This document shows, in pieces, positions 1 through 12,284 of a DNA stretch of 64,000 nucleotides. This stretch comes from Botryllus schlosseri. Lineage: Eukaryota. Position 1 is the stretch's first letter. The number at the start of each line of letters is the position of its first letter. The translations under genes and the position numbers were made by a program. The notes below the pieces were generated by a model, which worked only from the letters and a program-made list of their open reading frames with translations, made no database searches and was not told the DNA's origin. The stretch is from NCBI GenBank assembly GCA_051294905.1, contig CM119373.1, positions 31,558,001 to 31,622,000 of the forward strand, in the 5' to 3' direction.

Positions 1-202
1 CAACGGTAGGCCTATAAAGTAGGCTACAAGCTGTAGAATATCAAATGATAAGTTTACCTACAGCGCAAAATCTACGATACAAACGAAATGCAGAGATCAA
101 CAATTGTTTGACTTTGTACACAATTTTGACAAATCTTGACCTAACGCTACAATTTTGACCTAATTTTGACTTTTTTTGACATGTCAAAAAAAAATCGCCC
201 TA
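1..202. repeat. Unclassified dispersed repeat family A, 3' part (cut by window start)
   Basis: caacggtaggcctataaagtaggctacaagctgta...ttttgacctaattttgac...atgtcaaaaa is shared with about 25720-25920 and 41125-41325. Confidence 0.85.
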
Positions 203-1475
203 TTCATCACTGATTGACACGACACGGCCAGTCCACCATACGTGAAAATAAGCATCCGTTGGGTTGGCAGTAAATTCTATTGTTGCTGTCATTGACAGTT
301 GAAGCATTTTCGCATTCGTGTTTACTCTTATATGTCCTCCGAGGAAAAAACTAGCGTATCTGTGGTAACATAGCTATTTACATGTTAGAAATTTATACAT
401 GAAATTCAATGAAAACAAGAATAGTGATTTACATGCACATAATGTACAAGTACATATACGCTAAGCTTACAGATATACAGTTCATTGCGGCATAACTTGC
501 GAACTCAAGTTTGTTGTGATCGAAGAAACACATCCCAACGTTAGGGCTTGGCGAGATCGAGTCCCGAGCTGAGTGAATCGATTGAGGCATTGGTTCTCAA
601 CCACCGGTCCGAGGCGGATTTCCTGCCTGTCCGCCAAATACATAAGAGTTTTGTGACTTAATTCCAAAATGCAAGAAGTTCGATGCTTTTCCATTAAGTA
701 GAGAAATAAAACATCAAATTTTAAATTTATTTCGGAGTTTGGAACGTATTTTCTGCATGGTGTTGTAATAGGGAGTTCATGGTATACTTTGAGCGTACGT
801 TACAATGGTGCAATGTTGTACCAAACTGTTTAAAAGTGGCCTACAACTCGGTTGTGACAAGCTATATGTGAAAGCTACGGATACTGTTAAACAAACTTCG
901 TTAATTTCAGACAGTGCGATTAAGCAACACTTTACAGTATAATAGAGGCTCAAGACGCAATTCTTTCAATGGATACTGAACAATCGTATTCAAGTTAGTG
1001 GGATTTCATAGGACCTCGAGAGCTTCGCCTTGCAAAAACTCCAATAGAGTCACGTACAAGTACATGTATAACTATCTAATATCAAAAAGGCAGCATTAAA
1101 TGAAGTTTCGAACATTACATTTGAGCTACATACATTTGTCGTGATTACATTTAGGGTAAATTTTTATCAGATCAATACTCGACAAGATGTTTTACTTTCC
1201 CACCGTGACGAAATTTCATTTTTGTAACCTTGAAATGCTATTTTACGCCATTACTGACCGCATTTTATATCTTCTTACGCCATTATTGACCATGGTGCAG
1301 AAGACCAACAGGTGATGAGCGCCAACTTTTTCTTATAATAAATAAACAACAACAACGCCACAAGATGGCGATAAATGAAAAGATAGGAGGGTGCCGAAAC
1401 GACTCGGAGTTGTCTTCAAATCAGACACCCACTTCGGCCTAAAGCAGGGATCGTCAATTCAAAACGGGTCGCGAG

Positions 1476-2022
1476 TAGGGCTGGGCAAAATCGAGTACCT
1501 GAGTGATTCGATTCTGAATCACGCATTATGATCGAGTCGAGTCGAGTCGAGTATTTAAGTATCACGCATTATGACGTAATGACAGTACGTAAGATGTCCA
1601 TGTTCAAATTTGTACTGTTTAAGCGTCCACAAAAAATACAATGCCTGTTCTCCATCACATTACAGATTACAGGCCATTACAGGCCTACTTTAGGATTTTT
1701 TCGACCATACCGATTTCTATGCGCTTAGTGGCATGTGATGGGTTGATCATGACTTCATAAAGATGTTATTTCCAGTTACGCTAATGGCTTGTACTATGTG
1801 TTTCGTATGCTGCGATACGGCCGATCAAGGTTTCAAGGCTTCCACAGTCAAAAATAGTATAGAAAACTATAATTCTCGTTGATATAGTAGCTTTTAGAGG
1901 CGTGGAGCGTAAATTTCCAGTTCTTGTAAAAATCGCATTTTTATACTCGAATCGAATCATTAGAATTAATACCGGATTCATATTCGAATACTCGAATCAT
2001 TGTGCGCAGCCCACCAGCCCTA
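1476..2022. mobile_element. hAT-type MITE family B, inserted in a family C-like MITE
   Basis: Ends tagggctgggcaaaat...cagcccta with subterminal TCGAGT repeats, in opposite orientation to the 14025 and 34852 copies. Degenerate TSD gtcgcgag/gtcaaggg. The flanks rejoin to match the element end at 29101. Confidence 0.8.
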
Positions 2023-3954
2023 GTCAAGGGCCACTTTTCGAATTGTGTAGCGGCCGGGGGCCGCATGAATTCAATGTTGATATAAAATATGCCACACAGC
2101 TTAGCAACCACGTTTTAACACTTCATGTCAGTGCAGCGAGAGACGTAACTATTAGCTGAAAGACCATCTCCACGTAATGCCTGATTTTATGGAGAAACCC
2201 TAAGCCGTTTTATAAGCTTCTGTTGGTCTTGTTAGTGTTTGGGCCATTGGACGTAAAGAGTAGACAATATGCGCATTGCTCATGCCCAATGCCCATTGAA
2301 ATCAGCTGATTCTCCCTCGATGCAAAGCTGTTGCCATCGCCAAAGCCGTTTTAGGTAGTGAGGAATAGTGATGCAGGGCACAGGAGAATAGTTTATTTTG
2401 AAGCGACAACCACAATATGTTGAAACTGTAATCAATTTCAGCATTTCAGAATGCTTTTCTTAGCCTTCTTCCGAAATCTCAAATCAAGTCGCGGGCCACA
2501 TACGGCCCGCTTACCGTGTGTTATGGTGACCTCTGCCCTACAGCATGTAAATAAGAGGCACGCACACTGGATTTAAGAAAGGATAACATAAAAGGAAGCG
2601 ACAAAAGTAAATGCTGCATGTGTCGGTAGGCGAGGTCCATATATCAGATTGTGGTCCTGTAATCTTGCTGGCTGACTATAGTATTGATTCAGTAGATACT
2701 GCTCGTATTTTGATTTGAATGTGAACAATGCTCCACGCTTGGCCGCTCAAATGCCAATGTAACCCGCCATGAGAAACAAAAACAACCCCGAAGCCACGGA
2801 AGACATTCTATTGACGTGGAGAAGAGTGTGCGAAGTTGGATGCGACGACCGCATCCCGCAACGACCGCATCTCGCAGACATCAGGTTTGGGAAATATTTC
2901 ACGGATCTCCGAGCGTGGTCGTGTCGAAACATCGCGCCGCGTAGCCGAAATGCTGCTGTTTGAAATAACAACGAAGCCATCGCCTGAGCCAACAGCGTGA
3001 TATTAGTTGATGTTCAGCTCACCAACTGTTCTTTAAATAAATTGTGCTAGACATTAGTTTCGCCCATAGGTGACCAGAATAGTCGTTGTTGGTGTTCCAG
3101 TAGAAGTCGAAGTAACGTAAATACTCAAGTAGAAGTATATATTTCAGAGTAGGTATTCCAGGCCATGTTGTGTACAAACAACTGAAAAGTGATAATAAGT
3201 AAAAGTTGTCTAAAATCATAGCCACTGGATTACATATACCCTTGGTTGTCTATGGTCATATGCTTTCGGCGCTTCGTTCTGGCGACGGGAACTGGTGACG
3301 TCAAAGCTGACTGAAATTTTCGGAAGGTGGCGCTCAAGATGTTACAAGTGGCAAACTATTGTACTGGTTTCTAACCTTACGTAGCGTTGCCAGCAGGCAT
3401 AATCGGGTACCAAATTTTGCCACCTTTTCTTGTTGGTTGGCGCAGCAATGCTGAGTTTGGTCCGTTGGCATTATTTCGGCACTCCTAACTTCCACTATCA
3501 TAATTAAAATTTGTTTTCAGCACATTAGATCAGCAGCGAGTGTTGTCTAGCCTACTCGTGTACCTAAGGAAGAATTTGAGATTGTGTAAATAAAATCACA
3601 GTACGCATATTGTTATTATACGTCCTATGAATCGTTATCCTGCATTACATTGCGCATCACTTTGTCTGCTACCCATTGCGATAGTCCAGGGACGGGAAAC
3701 ATATACGGCCCGCGGGCCGGATCCGTCCCGCAGAGAGCAACCTTGACATAACGAACAGAATATTGGGAAATGAATGATGGAAGCACTCCGTGTGTTGCGC
3801 ATACCTCCAATCTCTTGTCAATCGACATCTAATTAGTGATAGAAAACGCCGATTTTAAAGGATTTCATAGCTGCCAAAGTGTCCACCTCTCTTCTCCACT
3901 TGGATTAATATATGTATGCGTGTGACATATGCCACAAGTCTGTTAAAGTATGTG

Positions 3955-4435
3955 CGTTGCGTAGTGCTACGTTCCATAGCTGCAACGGGGGAAGCGAGTG
4001 GCGCAGTTGCTTAAACACTGTAGTCACGACATCGATGGTTGATGGTTCGAGTCTCTGCCATGTTTCTATGTGTCGGAGGTTTATCTGGGCTCCTCATCGC
4101 TGATCCTGCTGTAATACAGCGCATTGAAAAGCCCAGACAAAGAGAGAGCCGAACTCGTGAAAAGAGGCAGCAAATGAGCCGAAAAAAGACTGAAGTTCAT
4201 GAAGACATGCCATTATGCGTTTATGAAATTTACTGTGTGGGCGCAAATAACCACGAGTTGCAAGCGCCAATTATATGAGTTAATAAAAACAACAAGAACA
4301 TAGCTGCAACGCCAATGAGTTGCGAGTTCGACTCCAGAATTTCTACCGAATTTTTACCGAGTTCGAAAGGATTCTCCTTGCCAGATGATCCACGTATGCG
4401 ATGTCCTACAAAAGCCGCTAACGAAAGTGGGCGAC
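3955..4435 (+). mobile_element. tRNA-derived SINE family I, interrupted by a family H SINE
   Basis: The head gcgtagtgctacgttccatagctgcaacg|ccaatgagttgcgagttcgactcc (A/B-box-like) aligns with the copies at 13045, 24006-24288 and 38085-38332. Confidence 0.75.
3988..4298 (+). mobile_element. Full-length tRNA-derived SINE family H
   Basis: A-box tggcgcagttg, B-box ggttcgagtct, A-rich tail taataaaaacaacaagaa, perfect 13-bp TSD catagctgcaacg (3975-3987 and 4299-4311). Confidence 0.85.
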
Positions 4436-4760
4436 TATAAACCCGCAGATCAGGAATCATAGAAATATCGGTCCGGTGTAAGACGACCAATCACCATAAA
4501 AGTCGAAACATCATGAATGCCAAAACAACAGTAACAATATCGCGACCTCGGGACCCACGCAATTTGAACGATTTCAATTACTAAACAGCCCGGAAAGTCA
4601 AACGGAAATGACTATATTCGGATCAGGAATACACTCCAGCAAGTTTATTACTTTCAGTGCTGTACTTGGAAAACCGATTTGTGCGGGTTAGATGGATTCG
4701 TTCTCCACTTGTGCAGTTCGGTACAGCTCATTCATAACTTCGGCCACAACTCATTCACAG

Positions 4761-5252
4761 CAGGTCTGGGCACAATGATTCGAGTACTCGAATCTGAATC
4801 GAGTAATTATTTTAATGATACGAGTCGAGTAGCAAAAGACGATTTTTTCGAGTAGTGAAATTGTACGCTCCTCGCCACTGAAAGTTATTTTATCGACGAG
4901 AATTATGGTTTCGATACTATTTTCCCCTGTTGAAGCCTTAGAACCTTGATTGGCCGTATAGCAGCATACGAAACATAGTACAAAGCTACGGCCGTTACAG
5001 GAAAAACATTATTGAAGTCGGTAGGGTTGAAGAAATACCGAAGTTCTTGAATTAAGTATCTTTAATGTGTTGGATAACAGGCAGTATATTATTAGTGGTG
5101 TCACAAAAGGTACATATTTGAACTTTGACACATAACATTTTGTTGTGACGTAATAAATAGTGGTACTGGAATAATCGACTCGACTCGAAGCATAATGCGT
5201 GATTCTGAATCGAATCATTCAGGTAGGCCCTACTCGATTTTGTCCAGCCCTA
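4761..5252. mobile_element. hAT-type MITE family B
   Basis: Ends caggtctgggcacaatgattcgagtactcg...tactcgattttgtccagcccta. Collinear with the 14025 copy. Confidence 0.8.
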
Positions 5253-6859
5253 CTCATTCATATGAATAAGTTGCTCAAAACAATCTAAAAGGAAAACTGT
5301 TGAAGTTGAATGCTTTGCTTTCAAAACAGAATCGACTGTGAAAGATTTTTGTTTGTCAAATTGAAATTTCACACAAATTGAAATTTCCGTCCTGTTCTAA
5401 GAATTGGCACAATCGACTTCCGTCCCTAATTTTGACGAAATGGTTATGGAGGACGACCAGATTACAAAATCTTATAAATGTTTCTGGCGTGAGTGCGTTA
5501 TCCTCAAATGAATGTTTCATTTGTTTTATATCTCCTTTCCTTTTGTCAAAATATTCAAATAAAAGATTGCGTTTTCGCTTGAAACCCCAACTTTACTGTA
5601 GTGCAGTACGCGAGTCCATTAAGATGGTGAATGCGACCCTCGACCTAAAAAGTTTGCGCTACAATCGTTGTCGTCCCCGTACCGTGTGGATATAGGCCCC
5701 ATCGCTAATGAAAACATACCTCGGTAGTTGAGGTATTGGTGATTGATCCGTTTATGTATGCGATCGAGTGATGATTGCTTGAGGCGAAGATGGCGATTAC
5801 TTGGGACCGCCTGAGTGTAGGCCGCTACAACGTTTCAGTAATAACATACTAACACGAAGCAGCTGCGGAATGTGATATCACATCACTCAAATACAGAATA
5901 TTCTACTTACTAAATTTTCCGAAATTATCACACATTGGAGCAGTACTCATGGTACTGTAAAGGGTCAACATGAGGGCGAAGAAGATTTTTGAACAATGAC
6001 CTGACGTGATGCAACCGTTATGAAATAATGAGTGTAGCGTCAATCGCACTTTTCGAAAATCTGCGGTCATTGGCGATACTTTAAAAAGATCGTCTCTTCG
6101 AAAAACGATCACAGGACAGGTGTTTACAGCAACTCATATCACCACTGGAAGCCGTGAGTACCTCTTATTATAGACAACGGACGAAAGTCGTGAAATGGAA
6201 TTTGTTTGGCGAAATCCATGCACCGTGAAGGCTTAATGAAACAATCTCGCCACAGCAATTGATAGCAAAGCATTCATCTGGGAGCAGACGTATGTTTAGA
6301 GATGATATAATATAATCACTGCGGCTACATGTGGGATGTGGGAGGCATCACTTACTTTATCTTGCTACGTTTCGTGGGACGTGATAACTACATACCTCTT
6401 TGCTTTATTATCTTGTTTCGCCTTTCAATTTGAGATAATAAACGTGATACTTTTCCCGCCTTTGCTGTTAGATACGGGCGGACCATTCCAATTGGTGATC
6501 CGAAATCAATCCGAATCAGATATGTTGATACTAAGCGGGTATTTTGAATACTGGTTCTACGGAATGACCACGAATTTAGTGTGCTTTTATTGTAGCTGCG
6601 TGTATGCGTTGCTCCGATTAAAGATGTCTTGGATTTATGAAGCACGTTGTGATCCTTATTCAAATTCGAATGTTTTCGAGGATGTTACAATCAATAGATC
6701 CTGAATCCATAGGTGATCGCCTCGGTAATGAAGTACTACTACTTAATCGACGAACTCAATCAGACTTAGCGCCATAGTTAACCGGTCATGTCTGCATATA
6801 TCATTTCCAGGGAGACGAATGGCGCATCGTGTAAAACGACTGCGCTTCAACACCAATGG

Positions 6860-6975
6860 TGGTTGGTTTGAACTTTGAACCCATGCTCAGGATATCTTCA
6901 ATGTGTCGGAGGTTTATCTGAGCTCCTCATCCGCGATCCCACTGTACCAACAGCCTCTTGAAAAGCCCAGAAAGG
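6860..6975 (+). mobile_element. SINE family H fragment (core)
   Basis: atgtgtcggaggtttatctgagctcctcatc...gaaaagcccaga matches 4067-4137. Confidence 0.7.
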
Positions 6976-7276
6976 TAATAAGCCTCTACTTTTACTTGAC
7001 AGCATTGACTACTTTGACAATCTCTGTCCGAATCACACGCTACTTATATCATAACAAGCGTAGGATACGTAATGCTCGTACTTTTGCATGGTTTTATGTA
7101 GATTTCGAATGCTTAAAGACAGGTGATCTGCCCAGATGAGCAACTTCGCAGATCAACCTCCTGACTGGCTGACTGAGAAACAGGCAGATCCTACACCCAA
7201 CTCACGCCATCATGAAATCAGTAACCTAAACACAAAACAGTGTAATTGGTAAAAAGCAGGGTAGCACGGTATAGAC

Positions 7277-8073
7277 CAGAGGTCTCAAACACGCGGCCCT
7301 CGAGACCATTTTGTGCGGCCCGCAACGGTATTTTGGATTTCGAAGTATTCGTCTATTCGACAATATTTAACTGCCAAATTTCTTTTTTTTTTAATTTGAA
7401 AACTGGAAATTCGCCCCAAAACTACTCCAGAAGCCTGAAACTAGCCTATATACTCATCAAACTTTACCATTATATCACTCTCAAAAGTTACCACGCAGTG
7501 GAAGATCAATGAATACTTCGGCGATTGGACATTTCTATTGCTATGGCACAGTACTCATTATATCCAAGTTGTTATAGATCTGTTCCAATATTCGAAGGTA
7601 AATCTAACGCTGATTTGATTTGACTTAGGTAATGACATGATCAGTAGCCCTGTCATCAGGAGTAGGCCTATGCCCGAAACCCGGATTAGGCTGTAATGCT
7701 CCAATGCTCTGATATCAGATCAATCCTTGTGAAATTGTGACACGTCAAATGTCCCCTAACTGCAAAATTATAACGCGACAGCTTTTACGATGTCCTGATT
7801 CATTTGTACCCTCACATGGTGCCCATAGCTAAATATACAGCATCTATGCCAAGTACAGCAACAATTTTATTTAAATATTTTAAAATGTTTTTTTTTCGTG
7901 TCAGGCGTGCGCGTGAATTCACAATCACATTTTCACGATGCGTGTGGAATGTCAGTCTGTAACGTCCCGTCATATAAGGCCTACTCGGAACCCCTTTTAT
8001 TGGTGCTGCGGCCCGCGCCGTCATCAAAAAGTAGGAGATTGACCCGCGAGCACATTTGAGTTTAAGACCTCTG
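7277..8073. mobile_element. hAT-type MITE family D
   Basis: TIRs cagaggtctcaaac/tttaagacctctg, perfect 8-bp TSD gtatagac, GGCCCGC subterminal motifs. Related to 15716-17254. Confidence 0.9.
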
Positions 8074-8094
8074 GTATAGACCAAAGCTCTGATC

Positions 8095-8610
8095 TCAAAT
8101 TGGCTTGCCGTTTCCATCTAAATACACATCAGTCGATGTGAAATCAAGGCGTTCGTCAGAAGATAATCGTAAACTGTAGAACAAATGAATAAAGCTCAAT
8201 ACCACACCAAAACCACACGCAGAAAGTATAACTAACTGATCGCACGACCAGGCGTACCCATGATACACGCTAAGCGTCAAAAAGGCGGAATAAAACACTG
8301 CCGCCGACGAAACAAATAATATAGAAATTACCAATCGAACATGGTTCATAAACTCGTGACGGTATCTGGTTTGAATTAATCCCACTGTTCCTACAACCAG
8401 AAGAAAAATCCCGATCCAAATTCCAGGGCACGCAGATAGTAAAGACGATGGATAAGTCTTTTCAAAACTTCCTGACCACAATTCTATGGCGATGCACATT
8501 CCACCGATAACGCACTCTGCAAGAGACATGTTCGCCATTGATCCTTTCATGTTAACGTGTGGTCGGATATATGTCTGATGTATAGTATTTGTAAACATAG
8601 GTTCTTTCAT
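8095..8610 (-). CDS. CD20/MS4A-like four-transmembrane protein, 171 aa, intronless CDS
   Basis: Four hydrophobic helices. TM2 PGIWIGIFLLVVGTVGL resembles the MS4A/CD20 (PF04103) W-x-G-x-F motif. A candidate splice acceptor (gtgtctttttcag, plus-strand ctg at 8718-8720) lies 107 nt upstream of the ATG, implying a 5' UTR intron. Confidence 0.75.
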   Translation of the reverse strand: MKEPMFTNTIHQTYIRPHVNMKGSMANMSLAECVIGGMCIAIELWSGSFEKTYPSSLLSACPGIWIGIFLLVVGTVGLIQTRYRHEFMNHVRLVISILFVSSAAVFYSAFLTLSVYHGYAWSCDQLVILSACGFGVVLSFIHLFYSLRLSSDERLDFTSTDVYLDGNGKPI

Positions 8611-9674
8611 TTCCTCGTTGAGTGTAGTACTTGCAGACTTCTAAGCAGTATCGATTATATAGCTACCGTACGTGCGTCTGCGACAGAGGCAAGATATATC
8701 ATTCAATTCATTCGGTCCTGAAAAAGACACCATTGTAGCATTATTCATGAAAAATCAATACACTCGATGCCGGTTCAAGTAAGGTTAAAACGTCAAGCAT
8801 GTTCAAAGATTGAGCGCATAAACTGCGCTGGTCAAAACGATTCGAGCACTCAAATATCACAATTTGAAATGATTCCGAGTCGCGTCAGTCGATTGCCTCT
8901 CGTCTGTAAGATGGTAAATGCGATTGGAATCGGAACTGATAAACTATGTATTACTAGCCTAAAGAGGTTAGTAATTTATAGATAAACTAGAGCCAAAAGA
9001 TATAGCTTGTTATGACGTCATATTGATAAATTCGATATCGAAATAGCAACGGAGCTTGGCATAGCAACAGATTACGAATGAAGCCAAATTATTTTAACGC
9101 ATCGAAATCGTATACGGTTCGAAATTTGAACGACACAAGAACTATGTGGTGATAAATTTGACTCTCCGTGAAAGTTATCCGGGAGAGGTCTATCCTATAC
9201 CTGAAGCACCGAGGCTGTGTCTAATGTCTATGACATTGTCCGCTGTTCAGAAATCCACCCTACATCTAAAATCTATAGATTACAGATTTAAGTTTTTAGA
9301 ACGATGCAAAATCAACGATACGGGACGTTTACTATATGTTTCGCAATCCCTCTTCGTTTTAGGTGATCACCCCTAATCGCTTTTGTCGAAATACAATGCC
9401 ATCATATGCGGTAGGGGTAGACGCTAGACATTTGCGACGGAGTAAGCTGGTTCCCGGTTCATACACAAACGGAAAACCTTCAAAACCAGCTACCCGCGGC
9501 AAGCCAGCAGGCCTATGTCGCGATTGATGCAGGGTCCGGTGTGAGTTACAATCTGACACCGGTGTATGAATAGTACGATACAACTGTGACATTTAAAATC
9601 GTAATATGATTAGGATTATTGCCGTTGTTGCAACTTGTAATTGTCTGCACAAATCAAACTTGTTCCGACTACAA

Positions 9675-10210
9675 CAGGGGCGGGCAACATCTCCGTTCGG
9701 CGGGCCGGATATGGGTAAATTAGGTAGGCTACTTGGCGGGCCGGATTACAGAATAAATACATTAGTCGCGTACTTATCCACCTATACAAGGAAAAATAGT
9801 ATTTAATGTACACTTAGGTTTAAAACATAGAGACCATAAACAGTGTTAAATGAATTTGCTAACAGTGGCTGTTAAAGTCAACCAGACATCTGCTGTCGGC
9901 CAAAGTTGTCAACAAGTTCTTTAAGCTCTGGCTGCATGTCGTACGTAGACACCAGTATAGTAAAGACTGCACGTGAATATCAGTTATATAGGAACGCAGC
10001 CTTGTCTCGTTAATGTTCATGGTCGAATATGTATGTAGATCCGAACAGAACAAGTAGTTTCATGTGCACCTTTCTCAGGTTGGCAAACTTGGATTCATTC
10101 TGTGACGCATAACTTTGTCAATATTTTTTGAATAGAATTCCACTTACAGGGTAGAAACTCTCTGCGGGTCGGTCAAAATCCCTTTGCGGGCCGTATGTTG
10201 CCCGCCCCTG
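9675..10210. mobile_element. hAT-type MITE family C
   Basis: TIRs caggggcgggcaac/gttgcccgcccctg and perfect 8-bp TSD gactacaa. Confidence 0.92.
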
Positions 10211-11833
10211 GACTACAAGAAGATTCGTTTCTCTCAGGCGATTTCGCGCCCCCTTCACCTGCTTTCATGTCCCCCAGTTTGAGAACCACTGGTCTAGGCC
10301 CAGGTAAGTGTCTGTGTCTGATTTCAAAGACTATATTCCAAGTCGTTTCGATACCATCCTATCTTTTGATTGTATGGCAATCGTGTGGCGTATTAATTAG
10401 ATGAAATTCCTAAATATTAAACTGAACTGAAGTGAGGCACTTATTCAGGTTATACAACCAAAACTTCCAAAATAATATCACTCGCTTTCGCTATAATGTT
10501 TTGACTTGGAAATATGCCAACCCAACAGCTAGTAAGGCGTCTCTAACATCAAATGAGGCAGGTTGCTGACGCCTTCCGAATCCAAAATTTGCCAAAACGT
10601 TGATGTCATTAGTCATTCACAAGCAGGCTTTTCCGCATACTCAATCCGGAAGCTGAGTATTGCGTCCCATCCTAAGCTTAGACTGTTAGCAAGGACGGAT
10701 TCGACGCTATTGTTCCAGGTGAGATGCGCGTTTGCCAACCGCCCACTGCTATCTCACGAGGATGCATAGCCTAATATTGCTACCTGTCATCGATCCGAAT
10801 TTAACTTCTACTCAGACTATGTTACGGCAATGATGCATGGTTCTGCTTGAAGGCATCCACCCTAAGGGCATGTTTTCACGAAAAGCGTATTTTCACCGCG
10901 CACGAAGTTTCTGCGAGCAGACGCAACTGGCTCTCGTTGCGAGAGCCCACGCAACGCGAAGCCCGGGAATAGGCTTTTTGTGGGACTTCGACCGCGTGAT
11001 TGGTTGCGGATAGCTGTAGCAGTAATCGACTGGGTTAGCAAGCTTCTCTCTTGTGTACCTGTGCTTATGGCAAAGTTATTGTAGTAAATCTTCGCATTAG
11101 GTTTGTTAACTGAAACATTCTGTGATCAATATAATTTGAGACTTCGCTACGTTAGATTTGCCTGCTGCAGAAATGATCGGTATTCTTTTCGGCAAAAACC
11201 CACAAACTGTGCGATGTGTTTCATGGTTGCATCGACATCACGGTACGAAATTCTATATAGGACGGGTACTGGATACGTTATTGATTGCCAGGTTGTGATG
11301 ATATAAACATCAGATGTTCATGTTTGCATACCCTCGCAGGGCCTGCCTTTGCGCAACGGTGTGTAGGCTACTGGCACGAATAATATAAGAGCATGGGTAT
11401 TCTCTGTTCAACTCGATCCTTTTGGATTGTAGCTGCGAATGTACAAAGTCGAATCACACTCCATGATTCAATCACATAGTCAATCTAATTTCAGTTTACA
11501 TACTTCTATACTTCTATATTACCGGTGATAAAGCGCTTGCAGTTCACACATACTTGTATTGTATTTCCCTTAGATGGTGAGTATAAAAGCCTACTTCTAC
11601 TTTTATCGGAATACTCGAGTAGGATTTGCGTACTTGTACTTCTTGCTCAAGTGGGTGTGTGTTTAGACTACTTCCAATTCTACGTAGGCAAAACCAACTA
11701 CTTTTTACACTTTGGATTATGTAAAGTAGAAAGTAATTAGATAACCTCAGTCTTATCAGTGATTTTCCCATCACTCATCCTAACCGCGTGAAACTCCCCT
11801 TGCATCACGATAACTGAATATATTTATTAAGAT

Positions 11834-12284
11834 TAGAGCTGGGCACAATGATTGGAGTACTCGAATCTGAATGAAGTATTAATTTTATTGATTCGAGTCG
11901 AGTAGTAAAGTAGGATTTTTTCGAGTACTGAAATTATACGCTTCTCACCACTGAAAGTTAATTTATCAACGAGAATTATAGTTTCGATATTCATTTTCAC
12001 TACGGAGGTCACAAGACGTAGCACATTCCCGAAGTCATGACTATCCCACAACATTGTCACCAAGTGGAAGGAAATCGGTATGGTCGAAAAAATACCACAA
12101 TGCCCTTTATGAGATGGGAAACGGGCATTATATTCTTTGTGGTGACATAAAGGGTACATATTCAAATTTTGACGTATTGTATTCTGTTGTGACGTCATAA
12201 TGGGTGATACTCCATTACTCGGCACGAAGCATATTACGTGTATCAGAATAGAATCACTCAGGTACTCGATTTTGTCCAGCCCTG
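11834..12284. mobile_element. hAT-type MITE family B (diverged, internal deletion)
   Basis: Ends tagagctgggcacaatg...attttgtccagccctg. Collinear with the other B copies. Confidence 0.8.

Noticed and set aside
2747-3250. Two adjacent hydrophobic minus-strand ORFs with a possible gtgagc donor
   Set aside because: They are in different frames, with no recognisable family and no convincing acceptor.
3988-4062. tRNA-like A/B boxes here and near 24230-24288 and 38270-38332
   Set aside because: These are SINE heads followed by a core, tail and TSD, with no intact cloverleaf, so they are not called tRNA genes.
6336-6704. 122-aa hydrophobic plus-strand ORF
   Set aside because: No family motif or splice context; the composition is consistent with AT-rich non-coding DNA.
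10929-10947. 8-bp hairpin GGCTCTCG-ttg-CGAGAGCC as a possible Helitron 3' end
   Set aside because: No CTRR terminus at the expected distance and no second copy in the window.
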